Shown here one piece after another: positions 52,045 to 60,991 of a stretch of DNA of 64,000 nt. Origin of the DNA: Puniceicoccaceae bacterium (GTDB lineage: Bacteria > Verrucomicrobiota > Verrucomicrobiia > Opitutales > Oceanipulchritudinaceae); the NCBI GenBank assembly GCA_040830765.1, contig JBFOMH010000017.1, positions 1 through 64,000 on the forward strand. Direction: 5' to 3'. Numbering within the stretch: position 1 is the first letter of the stretch; every line of letters begins with the position of its first letter. The notes beneath the pieces are model-generated. The model was given only the letters and a program-made list of their open reading frames with translations, did not search any database and was not told the origin of the DNA. A program made the translations under genes and the position numbers.

Positions 52045-52866
52045 ATGAGACTAGCACACATCACCAATACAATGTATCGGCAGCCCTGGAATATCACCAC
52101 CGATGGCTGGCTGTCGTTGCATCAGATTGTACAAAGCAGGTTGTTTAACGATGCCGTGAATCTGGATTTTTCAGATTTCGTAAATCCCCGCCCGGATGGT
52201 GAAATTGACGGTAATGGTATCGCTCATATCCATGTAATGGGTACTTTGGGGAAACACTTAAGCCAGATTGAGCGTTCCTGCGGCAACACCGGATATGAGC
52301 AAATAGAGGAGGAGATTCGTATAGCAAACGAAGACGGTGCAAAGGGATTCCTGTTTCATATCAATTCTCCGGGAGGAATGGCTGCCGGTAATATTGAGAT
52401 TTCCCGGATGCTTTCAGAAATCAAGAAACCAAAGGCTGTTTGGGTGGATGAACTGGCAGCCTCGGCAGCATATGCCATAGCCAGCGGTGCCGACATTATT
52501 GCGATGGCGCCATCGGCACAGGTCGGGAGCATAGGTACTATTCTTCCATTGGTTGATGTGTCCGGTGCATGGGAGCAGAGGGGATGGAAGCCCGCTTACA
52601 TCACCCATACCGGAGGAGATCTAAAGGATGCCACATGGCCTCCATCATTCACTGATGAGCACCGTGCCCACCTTCAGGAAATGGTGGACGATTATTTCGG
52701 ACAGTTTAAGGAACACGTCTTACAACACAGGAACATGGGACCGGATGCCATGCGCGGACAGACATTCATAGGTCGCAAGGCGAAGGAGGCGAATTTGGTG
52801 GACCATGTGGGCAGTCTGGAAGACACCTACGCGGAGCTCCTCAAGCGGGTTGACAAGGCAAAGTAG
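52045..52866 (+). CDS. S49 family prohead protease
   Basis: INSPGG, AASAAYAIAS, VGSIG. Confidence 0.92.
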   Translation: MRLAHITNTMYRQPWNITTDGWLSLHQIVQSRLFNDAVNLDFSDFVNPRPDGEIDGNGIAHIHVMGTLGKHLSQIERSCGNTGYEQIEEEIRIANEDGAKGFLFHINSPGGMAAGNIEISRMLSEIKKPKAVWVDELAASAAYAIASGADIIAMAPSAQVGSIGTILPLVDVSGAWEQRGWKPAYITHTGGDLKDATWPPSFTDEHRAHLQEMVDDYFGQFKEHVLQHRNMGPDAMRGQTFIGRKAKEANLVDHVGSLEDTYAELLKRVDKAK

Positions 52867-52868
52867 GC

Positions 52869-53381
52869 ATGGATTTTCCAAAAGCAGAAGAACTCAACAC
52901 ACTGGCACAGGCACGCGATGCATTTGCTTCCCTTCTCTCAGAACATGAAGCCTCCCGGGATAATCTTTCCCAGGCTTCAGAGGCTCTTGATAAGGCAAAT
53001 GCTGAACTGGATGCGGTGCGTGACGACCTGAAGGCGGCCAATGAAATGCTCGATGAGGCGAATACCAATATTGGTTCCCTGACCGGGAAGTTGAAAGAAT
53101 CCCAGGATAAGGAGCAGACTCTCAGTAATGAATTGAAAGTGGCCAAGGAGTTGAACCAGTCGGTTGAACAGAAGGTTTCCAAGCTGGAAGCAGATGCAAA
53201 GTCTGCTGAGGCTAAAGCGGCTGAAATCTGTGCTTCCGTTGGTGTGGAGCCTGCGCAGGTTACTCCGGGTGGGGAGCCTAAACAGCAGTCCCTGATTGAG
53301 CAATTGAAGGAGATCAAGAATCCTGCTGAACAAATGACTTTCTTTCGCAAGCACCGCGACGAGATCATTAAGGGGCATTAA
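52869..53381 (+). CDS. Probable coiled-coil scaffolding protein
   Basis: Heptad-rich; lies between protease and capsid genes. Confidence 0.6.
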   Translation: MDFPKAEELNTLAQARDAFASLLSEHEASRDNLSQASEALDKANAELDAVRDDLKAANEMLDEANTNIGSLTGKLKESQDKEQTLSNELKVAKELNQSVEQKVSKLEADAKSAEAKAAEICASVGVEPAQVTPGGEPKQQSLIEQLKEIKNPAEQMTFFRKHRDEIIKGH

Positions 53382-53410
53382 TATATTAAGAGGTTTGTGT
53401 GTATATAATC

Positions 53411-53442
53411 GCGCTGTGGTTTACGGGCCATGGCGCTTTTTT
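53411..53442 (+). terminator. Intrinsic terminator upstream of the capsid gene
   Basis: gcgctgtggt-ttacgg-gccatggcgc followed by T6. Confidence 0.7.
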
Positions 53443-53485
53443 GTATCCAGATCTCCAGCACAGCGGTTGACACGCCATGCAGTGC

Positions 53486-54391
53486 ATGGCCAATAACCTT
53501 ACCGAAGTACAAGACCTGCGCATCGCAGACAAGTTTCTGGAAGCCTTTGTTGCTGAACTGACCGCCCTGCGTGCCTTCTCCACTGATTTTACCCCTGAAT
53601 TTGCCAAGCGTGGCAAGACCGTGAATGTTCCGGTTATCGGGGCCGCGAACTCTTCCTATGACTTCGCCGGCAGCTATTCCGCAAATGCGGACAGCGATGT
53701 CCAGGGAATCCCGGTTGTGCTGGATAAGCATAAAGTACAGTCGCTGCACCTGACTGATAAGGAAGTGAGCGAATCCGCATGGGTATCTCTAGAACGCCTC
53801 GCAATATCCAAGGCCCGACAGTTAGCACAGGATGTCCTCACCGACATCTGGAGTCTTGTGACCATCGAAAATTATGGTCCGGCTTCGATTCCTGGACTTG
53901 CGGCCACTGACTTTAGTGCTGATTCAGTCCTCGCAGTCCGACAGGCTTGTGCCGCTGCAAAGATGCCGGCCACTGATCGTGCACTTATCCTGGATAGTGC
54001 CTATTACTCCAATCTGCTTGGGGATGCCAAGATTTCCAATAGCTATCTTAGTCAGATGAGTGCACCATCGCTCATGGAGGCGAAGATTCCAAGGGTCTAT
54101 GGATTCGATATCTACGAAACCACCATTATGCCGGACAATGCGGAGAACCTGGTCGGTTTTGCAGCCCATCCTCGGGGAATTGCAGTAGCGATGCGCTACC
54201 TTCAGCCAATCGACAGCTCAGCCTATCTGGATGCAGGACCGGTCACTGACCAGTCCACTGGTATCACCCTCGGGTACCGAAAGTACTACGATACCGATTC
54301 AGGTAAGATGATCGCCGCATTTGAGTGTGTCTACGGATACCGCAAGGCAATCGCCGATGGTATCAAGCGTATCGAAGATACCGGGGCTTAA
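53486..54391 (+). CDS. Major capsid protein
   Basis: About 300 aa after protease and scaffold; GKTVNVP, IPRVYGFDIYE, ECVYG; followed by a terminator. Confidence 0.8.
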   Translation: MANNLTEVQDLRIADKFLEAFVAELTALRAFSTDFTPEFAKRGKTVNVPVIGAANSSYDFAGSYSANADSDVQGIPVVLDKHKVQSLHLTDKEVSESAWVSLERLAISKARQLAQDVLTDIWSLVTIENYGPASIPGLAATDFSADSVLAVRQACAAAKMPATDRALILDSAYYSNLLGDAKISNSYLSQMSAPSLMEAKIPRVYGFDIYETTIMPDNAENLVGFAAHPRGIAVAMRYLQPIDSSAYLDAGPVTDQSTGITLGYRKYYDTDSGKMIAAFECVYGYRKAIADGIKRIEDTGA

Positions 54392-54418
54392 ATCAATTTG
54401 ATAGTCGTTTGTATTCTC

Positions 54419-54448
54419 AGGGCTCCATCTCACCGGTGGGGCCCTTTT
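54419..54448 (+). terminator. Intrinsic terminator after the capsid gene
   Basis: agggctccatc-tcacc-ggtggggccct followed by ttt. Confidence 0.7.
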
Positions 54449-54475
54449 GTATTAAAGTCTTCTACGGTTAAATCA

Positions 54476-54892
54476 TTACTTATTCGAAGGTACCCTATCG
54501 CCTGGCATTTTAAAATAATTTGCGAAAACATACGGCCAAGGGATTGCTATGACGCAGATACCCAAACCGATGCCACAAGCTATGATTGTGTCGATTGCCC
54601 ATTGATTCGCTGTCTTATCCAGCAATAAGGGCAATCCCACAAATATTAGCCAGATTGATTTCCATAGTGTCTCGAATAACAACAGTGGTAATAGCTTAAT
54701 TGGATAACGTATGCCTAGGATAGCCATCACCTGAACTGCACCCAACAAACTAAACTGCACAGAAACATTTGATAGGGCGAATCTCTCATCATGCCAGATC
54801 AATGCGGGCCAGATCATGAACAACAACCAAACCGCTATCAAAAGATATGTGAATCTAAGAATATACATCCGGAGCCTTGAGACACCATTCAT
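54476..54892 (-). CDS. Four-TM membrane protein (moron)
   Basis: LGIRYPIKLLPLLLFE..WKSIWL, AIPWPYV; AT-rich; purine-rich SD-like leader. Confidence 0.7.
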   Translation of the reverse strand: MNGVSRLRMYILRFTYLLIAVWLLFMIWPALIWHDERFALSNVSVQFSLLGAVQVMAILGIRYPIKLLPLLLFETLWKSIWLIFVGLPLLLDKTANQWAIDTIIACGIGLGICVIAIPWPYVFANYFKMPGDRVPSNK

Positions 54893-55042
54893 AATTTTCC
54901 CCTTTCTCTTAATTAAGTACGTTCTTTCCTGAGCTTAACCTTGCTTGGATTTTCTATAATGTAACGAAATGGAAGTGGCCTATATTCAATCGCCCAATAT
55001 TAGAAATGAGGTAATCTGGGTGCGTCTTCGAATAGTCACGGG

Positions 55043-55774
55043 TTAGGCGCTTGTTGAAGAATGATCTTTAGCCACAGATAATTTCAAGCCTTTGAAGATA
55101 AGCCAAATCCCCAATGCCAGCTCAAAAACCACTATTGGCATATCATACCAGGTGGGGTGAACAACATATTGAAAGTCAGAGGAAATGATGAATGTGAAAG
55201 CACAAAAAACGCACCAAACAGATGAAAAAATACCAAAAACAGCCAGTGCTCTCGGAATATAACGAGACTTAAACCACAGGTAGCTAACAATACAGGAGGA
55301 CAAAGTCCAGAAAGGCAGACCGATGTAATAGGCATCATAGCTAAAGTCCAAGAGAAGCCTTACCATAGCATGTAATTGATTGGTTTCGAAAGCATTCAAG
55401 AAGGAACTGCCTCCCAAGATCCGTAGAGAGGCAAGCATCATTAGTGAAGTAACACCCCACATGACAGAAACCAATAAACGGCAGAATGCTGCAATCATGG
55501 CGAGGTTCCGGCCTGCTGGCTTAAGAATTACATAAAGCGATGAGAGGAGTATCAATTGGATTGTCGCATAGAGTAGATTGCAGAAAATGTTGAATCGCCA
55601 TAATCCTTCATTCTCAACGATGTTTCTGGCAGTTTCTTCGGCTTTGCCTGGTATGCTCAGACGGAAACTGACTCCATAATTTGCAACAACAACAATTATC
55701 AAGGCGAATATGAACGTAAATCCTGCGAGACTCGCCGCATTTCGCTGCGTTTTATTAAGAGCATTAGTTGCCAT
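55043..55774 (-). CDS. DUF4386-like membrane protein (moron)
   Basis: KSRYIPRALAVFG, FELALGIWLIFKG; ATG at 55774. Confidence 0.75.
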   Translation of the reverse strand: MATNALNKTQRNAASLAGFTFIFALIIVVVANYGVSFRLSIPGKAEETARNIVENEGLWRFNIFCNLLYATIQLILLSSLYVILKPAGRNLAMIAAFCRLLVSVMWGVTSLMMLASLRILGGSSFLNAFETNQLHAMVRLLLDFSYDAYYIGLPFWTLSSCIVSYLWFKSRYIPRALAVFGIFSSVWCVFCAFTFIISSDFQYVVHPTWYDMPIVVFELALGIWLIFKGLKLSVAKDHSSTSA

Positions 55775-56045
55775 TCGTGTTTTCTCCCTTCGTCTAAAGA
55801 CTCTACAAAATAATAGTTGTCTATTGGTTGGTTGTACAAACTTGGGGTTAGCGTTTCGTGGTGACGGATAAGGGTACTTTCTGGTAAATGCGAGACTTTT
55901 CCCAATTCTATAAGCCTTTATCAAATGACCTTCTCGGTTGATTTCAATGTTGTAGTATTCCTACTATATAGGCAAAGCGTGATCATCGACTCTATTGGCC
56001 AATCGTGAAAACAGCCTGACACTATGTTGACAAGCCCTTCGGGGC

Positions 56046-56360
56046 ATGAGTTTCGAATCAGATCAATTGGAGGGTTTCAGGGAACTGCTGGAAACATCCG
56101 GTGGCCTTTTTGTTCACCCATCCGGAGAGTTTCGTGGCCTGGTTAAGCGTATTGAACCGGAGAATGAGGAGTTTGACCTGACCCCCGGCGACGACGACCG
56201 GGTACAGGTATCGGGGCTAAAGACCGAAGTCCCTGCTGAAGTGGTCAAGGTGGGAGCATCCTTAACTGATTCCGAAGACTATTCGTACCGGGTAACCGGG
56301 ATACGCCGCTCACCAAACCATGTGGCTGTGCGCCTTGAATGCGAAGTTGTGAACCCATGA
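56046..56360 (+). CDS. Probable head-tail joining protein
   Basis: Size, position and C-terminal YRVTGI..VRLEC beta pattern. Confidence 0.55.
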   Translation: MSFESDQLEGFRELLETSGGLFVHPSGEFRGLVKRIEPENEEFDLTPGDDDRVQVSGLKTEVPAEVVKVGASLTDSEDYSYRVTGIRRSPNHVAVRLECEVVNP

Positions 56361-56614
56361 CGCCTGAGGATCTAAAGAAAGACTGCGATATTTGCAGGGA
56401 AAGGTTGGCTGAACGCTTTGCCCAGATGGAACACCGTCTGACCACATTGGAAATCACCCTCTGGGGACAGGATGGCAGCAATGGTATCAAGGGCACCCTC
56501 AATGAGTTGAAGCGTAAGATGGACATGCTCCTTCGCTTCTTCTGGGGAGCGAGCGCTGCACCGGCAATCACCATCGCGCTTCTGGCTGTGCTAAAATTTC
56601 TGGGAATGATATGA
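56357..56614 (+). CDS. Small coiled-coil protein with C-terminal TM helix (holin-like?)
   Basis: LWGQDGSNGI then ITIALLAVLKFLGMI. Confidence 0.5.
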   Translation: MTPEDLKKDCDICRERLAERFAQMEHRLTTLEITLWGQDGSNGIKGTLNELKRKMDMLLRFFWGASAAPAITIALLAVLKFLGMI

Positions 56615-57189
56615 GACAGGATCTGGTTGAGTTTAACCGGAGCCTGCAAAAGTACCTGCAGTACAACAAGCGGGACCTGGGCCCCCTGATTGAAAACCGT
56701 GGCCGGCGGATTCAATGGGCACTGTATCGACAATTTCGCGACATTGCTCCGACTCCCGGTAAAATCATGCAGGACGCAAAGTCTAGGCAGTACCGGATCA
56801 AGAGACGCAAAGGCAAAAGTGGGAAGAAGTTGTCTTTGAAGCAGGAGCTGGCAGTGCGGCGCCAGTCTGTGAAGTGGCTTTCGGTTAGTTTCCTGATTCG
56901 CAATTGGAAGGCAAAGAGGGAAGGGCAGGCGGCTGCCTATCATGCTGTATCGCGCAAGAAGTGGAAGATAGGAAAGGCGATTCTTCGGACTGCAAAGGGG
57001 AGGAGTAATCCAAGTGTGCGGATTGAAAGCTATTTGGAGGGTGCTGCCATCCAGAACGCCCAGCGTGGTATCGTGAACCGGGTGATAAGCGGTGAGGCAG
57101 CTGACATGGAAACCTATGTGGCCCGCAAGCAACAGGAGGCCTTCAAGCGCCAGTTTGGCCGGGCACTAACCCAAATAATCCGCATATGA
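56611..57189 (+). CDS. Basic neck/tail-completion protein
   Basis: Position; ATGA coupling on both sides. Confidence 0.5.
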   Translation: MRQDLVEFNRSLQKYLQYNKRDLGPLIENRGRRIQWALYRQFRDIAPTPGKIMQDAKSRQYRIKRRKGKSGKKLSLKQELAVRRQSVKWLSVSFLIRNWKAKREGQAAAYHAVSRKKWKIGKAILRTAKGRSNPSVRIESYLEGAAIQNAQRGIVNRVISGEAADMETYVARKQQEAFKRQFGRALTQIIRI

Positions 57190-57623
57190 CTCTTTCAGAT
57201 ATAGTCCCAACGATTGTTACCCTCTTAAAAGGCAGCGAGTTGCTCTCAACACTGGAGATCCTCACCAATGCGGATGAGAGCTACAACACGAGGCTGGAGC
57301 AGGCATTGCGGGAGAAGGGCGTGGCACTGGTCGTGGTCCAGTCAGCGGGGGAATTGAAGGACAAGAAGAGTCCGCTCCTTTATTTGGTGAATTCGGTTAT
57401 GGTGACCGTACTTGAGAATCCGGCCACCAATGAGACAGGCACAAGTGCCCTGGGCATTGTGGAGGAGGTATTAAGGCAGGTGCACGGGGCACAGTGGAAA
57501 ACGCAGAAGGGATTACAGAACCGGTACACGGTTGACACCCCCGCGTACGAGATGGGGCCGCTCGATGGAGGGCTGATCACGTACTTCTGCAACTTTCACA
57601 TTCTGACCATTCACGAAAACTAA
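57186..57623 (+). CDS. Probable tail terminator protein
   Basis: 145 aa immediately before the tail tube candidate. Confidence 0.5.
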   Translation: MTLSDIVPTIVTLLKGSELLSTLEILTNADESYNTRLEQALREKGVALVVVQSAGELKDKKSPLLYLVNSVMVTVLENPATNETGTSALGIVEEVLRQVHGAQWKTQKGLQNRYTVDTPAYEMGPLDGGLITYFCNFHILTIHEN

Positions 57624-58154
57624 ATGAACTCTTCTGCCCGTGTAATTGGAAACCACGCCTTCTTTGTCCGTGAGGGCGACACTGCAACAACGCCCGCCGG
57701 CGATGTCAGCAAACTCTTGAAACCTGATGTGGATGATCCTTCCTGGATCAACCTCGGGGTCATCGAGCAGGCGGGGATCGAATACCAGTCCGAAGAGAAG
57801 GAAGTATGGCAACCTTCCCCCGGACAGCTGCGACTGGCGGATGTAATCGAGGTGAAGCGCGGCCTGAAGCTTTCCTTCACGGTTAAGGAAATGAGCGCAC
57901 TCATGTTCGAGCTCATGTTCGGCACCGAGGCCCTCACCGATGCCTCCACCCAATACAATCCGCTGGAGGGAACGACGAAGAAGGGGTGGCTCAAACTCCA
58001 GCAGTATGACCATCACGACGCCATTGTGAATACAACCGATGTGTATGTTCACCTGAAGGTATCAAGCGAAGTATCCCTGGGAGACGATGTCGCGACCTTT
58101 GAAATCGAGGCCCGAGTGCTCCACAGCACCCTTAACACCGGAACGCTTGCGTAG
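57624..58154 (+). CDS. Probable tail tube protein
   Basis: WINLGVIE..LKLSFTVKEM..GDDVATFEIE beta-rich pattern; position. Confidence 0.6.
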   Translation: MNSSARVIGNHAFFVREGDTATTPAGDVSKLLKPDVDDPSWINLGVIEQAGIEYQSEEKEVWQPSPGQLRLADVIEVKRGLKLSFTVKEMSALMFELMFGTEALTDASTQYNPLEGTTKKGWLKLQQYDHHDAIVNTTDVYVHLKVSSEVSLGDDVATFEIEARVLHSTLNTGTLA

Positions 58155-58585
58155 TGGCTGAAGCGATCACAGTTGAATCTGCCCAATATGATAATGGGGA
58201 TGCCTTCCCGAATACTCTGGGGTTTGAAGGTGCTTCACCAGTTGCACCTGCGCCAAGGGATTTAGCCGCCGCCACGCAATCCGACGATGATGCGTTACCC
58301 ATTGCAGGGGATCTGCCCGGGAGCGTCCATTCCAACGATGATGCGATTCCTATTCCATGGGATCAGGCCAGTGGCGAGCATTCCAATGATGCTGCCGTTC
58401 CTATTTCAGGGAATCTGCCCGGGAGTGTCTATTCCAACGATGATGCGGTCCCGATAGCAGGGGACTTGCCCAACACAATCCAATCAAACGATGAAGCTGA
58501 AGCATTCGGAATGGATGGACTGAAATTTCCTCCTGAGGGAGCGGTCATGGATATCGAGGGCCACTACCTGTTTGTTTGCACCTAG
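58154..58585 (+). CDS. Acidic protein with 17-aa tandem repeats
   Basis: SNDDAxPIxGDLPGSVH-type unit about 4.5 times. Confidence 0.6.
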   Translation: MAEAITVESAQYDNGDAFPNTLGFEGASPVAPAPRDLAAATQSDDDALPIAGDLPGSVHSNDDAIPIPWDQASGEHSNDAAVPISGNLPGSVYSNDDAVPIAGDLPNTIQSNDEAEAFGMDGLKFPPEGAVMDIEGHYLFVCT

Positions 58586-58594
58586 AACTTTGTC

Positions 58595-59005
58595 ATGTCG
58601 ATTCTACTACAAGTCACTGCCGCGGAAATCAATAACGGCGTCCAGAAGGCCAACACCGAAATCGACGGGAAGGTCCCGAAGCCTGGATTCAATACCCAGA
58701 CGGGAACAAGTTACACTCCCCAACTAACAGATAACAACGGTGTCATTGAAATGGATAGTGCAGAGTTGAACACGGTGAATCTGCCCACAGACGCAGAGGT
58801 CGCTTTCCCGGTTCCCTCTGAAGGGATTTTGCGGACCTCTTTCGATGTCGTGCCAATTGGTGCCGGGACGACAGCTATCCAGGCACCTGCAGGAGTGCTT
58901 CTAAATGGAATAGATGGAGGAACCATTTTGAGCCTTGATCCATATGCGGCCATGGCCGTGTACAAGAGGGGCGAAAATGACTGGGTGGCAATTGGAGGGG
59001 AATAA
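58595..59005 (+). CDS. Virion structural/fibre-associated protein
   Basis: NTQTGTSYT..D..VAFP..GAGTT.I..GV.LNG..NDWVAIG pattern seen in phage fibre domains. Confidence 0.55.
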   Translation: MSILLQVTAAEINNGVQKANTEIDGKVPKPGFNTQTGTSYTPQLTDNNGVIEMDSAELNTVNLPTDAEVAFPVPSEGILRTSFDVVPIGAGTTAIQAPAGVLLNGIDGGTILSLDPYAAMAVYKRGENDWVAIGGE

Positions 59006-59008
59006 GCG

Positions 59009-59443
59009 ATGCCTGTACTGACCGTATTGATCCGTGGAATACATCCGAACAAGGGCTGGAGAGGCACTCCCCGGAATGTTTTTGCTGATCCTTTAATTCA
59101 GATTGGCCTACAGGATTTGGACTATGAGCTGGTTGTCGTGTCAGGCGACCCCGGATCGCAGGATGCACTCATTGAAATGGGGCTTCAGAGTGTGGACTAC
59201 ATGGCGGCAGTGATTGATGCCGGAAGCCCAATCCCGGATGAGGCAGTTGTTGAGATGGGACTTCAAAGCGTGGACTATATGGCAGCAGTGATAGATGCCG
59301 GAAGCCCAATCCCGGATGAAGCAGTGCTTAATATCGGTATCCAGAGCGTCGATTACTTTGATGCAATTCCCTTCAGCTCAACCTTTATCGACGAATCGAA
59401 AGTGGAGATGGGACTCCATTCAGTTGACTACTCAATCCCGTAA
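59009..59443 (+). CDS. Acidic protein with 26-aa tandem repeats
   Basis: EMGLQSVDYMAAVIDAGSPIPDEAVV unit; 78-bp period at 59174, 59252, 59330. Confidence 0.65.
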   Translation: MPVLTVLIRGIHPNKGWRGTPRNVFADPLIQIGLQDLDYELVVVSGDPGSQDALIEMGLQSVDYMAAVIDAGSPIPDEAVVEMGLQSVDYMAAVIDAGSPIPDEAVLNIGIQSVDYFDAIPFSSTFIDESKVEMGLHSVDYSIP

Positions 59444-59448
59444 AAGAC

Positions 59449-60669
59449 ATGAAAAACCGCAAAATCACAGGAAATATTGGCTTTGGGGCCAAGGTACTTT
59501 TTAAGACCCAGATCTTGAACAAGGATGGATCGATCGCCAAGGAGCGGGATTGGGACCACAACCTTGTCCTGGATATTGGTCTGGACATGATGTGCCGTGA
59601 CAAGTTCGCCTCCCTCAACGAGGTGTGTGAAATCGGTACCAGCACTACTCCAACCGAGCGTGACAGCGGTTCGATCACCTTCACCCAGACTGGGGACACG
59701 ATCACAGCCAGTGGAGCTTTCTTTGAATCCGGTGACGTGGGACGCCTGTTCAAATATGACACAGGTGAAGAATATTATATCACCGCATTCACGGATGATC
59801 AGAATGTAACAGTTGATACCAGCGCTGCCCATTCCGCAACCGAGGCCACGATCTACTACGTGAACCAGACGGGGCTCATATCTCCCACGAAGGTTACAGA
59901 AAACAAGGTAACCGGAGGAGGTAACTGCGGCACAACATATTCCAATGGAGTTTTGGAACACAAAAGAACGTTCCTTTTCCCGGCTGAGACTGCGGAAGTC
60001 ACCTACAACGAAATTGGATGGGGACCAAAGTACGACTATAACAATACAAATGGTGGTACTTCAACAACCCGCAATGGATTGGGCAATTTACGGTTTGGCC
60101 GGGCTATTATTGCCGGAGGTGACACCCTGCAGGCCGACCAGCAGTACAAGGTTGCAGTCCGTGTTCAGGTTGCCTTCAGCCCGGTGACCCAAACCCCCGT
60201 TGCAAACGTCGGGAACAATGGATTCGACACAACTGGCGATCACATCATCGCACAACTTGTTACAGCCATTGGCCAAGGTGGCGCCAATTCCTATGTTGAT
60301 TCAAATGGATATACCCAGGGTGACGCCCGCATGGAGCCTATGTATACGCCAACCTTGGCGATGATGGCCAATACCGCTGTGTTGCCGACCGAGCCGGCTT
60401 CCGGAAATGTGAATTACCCGGACTTAAATTACTACACCATGACCAGGGGAAATTACACCGAGGGTAATCACTACCGTGAACACACCAAGGTGTACGCTCC
60501 AAATGAAGGGAATTCATCAGCCATTCGTGGATTCATGCTCGGTCAAAATTATGCCAGTGATTTCTATGGCCACTATCTGCTCAAATTCGATGCTGACCAA
60601 GAGAAGCTGGATACACACCGGCTCACAGCCACCTTCCGCTGGACGGTCAGCAGACAGCTAGTGAACTGA
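59449..60669 (+). CDS. Thr/Gly-rich tail structural protein
   Basis: NLVLDIGLD..IGTSTTP, NEIGW; beta-rich. Confidence 0.6.
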   Translation: MKNRKITGNIGFGAKVLFKTQILNKDGSIAKERDWDHNLVLDIGLDMMCRDKFASLNEVCEIGTSTTPTERDSGSITFTQTGDTITASGAFFESGDVGRLFKYDTGEEYYITAFTDDQNVTVDTSAAHSATEATIYYVNQTGLISPTKVTENKVTGGGNCGTTYSNGVLEHKRTFLFPAETAEVTYNEIGWGPKYDYNNTNGGTSTTRNGLGNLRFGRAIIAGGDTLQADQQYKVAVRVQVAFSPVTQTPVANVGNNGFDTTGDHIIAQLVTAIGQGGANSYVDSNGYTQGDARMEPMYTPTLAMMANTAVLPTEPASGNVNYPDLNYYTMTRGNYTEGNHYREHTKVYAPNEGNSSAIRGFMLGQNYASDFYGHYLLKFDADQEKLDTHRLTATFRWTVSRQLVN

Positions 60670-60715
60670 TAACAGGGTGGTGCCCATTAGTTGGGTTGCA
60701 TTTGCTTGATTCCAA

Positions 60716-60961
60716 ATGAAGAGGTTTCAGGACATTGAAGTCGGTCGCTGGTTCCTGAAAGAGGGTCGGGTCTGCCAGCGTCTGGAACCGCTAAACGGAT
60801 CAAATACCTACAATTTCACTCGTTCGAAGTGGGACTACACCCACCCCAAAACCCCGGTTGAGCCAACCTTCTCCCCTATTCACCCAAAGGACTTTGGACC
60901 GGGACGAAAGGCCGTGGAAACAATCCACCTGTTTGGTGATGGTCTCTGGGCGAAGGGCTGA
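60716..60961 (+). CDS. Small hypothetical protein
   Basis: 81-aa ORF filling the gap. Confidence 0.45.
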   Translation: MKRFQDIEVGRWFLKEGRVCQRLEPLNGSNTYNFTRSKWDYTHPKTPVEPTFSPIHPKDFGPGRKAVETIHLFGDGLWAKG

Positions 60962-60991
60962 ACTAACGGTTGACACACCCTCATCCGTATC

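Noticed and set aside
58260..59430. Tandem repeats as a CRISPR array or DGR template/variable repeats
   Set aside because: They are in-frame coding repeats with synonymous variation; no spacers, cas genes or reverse transcriptase are present.
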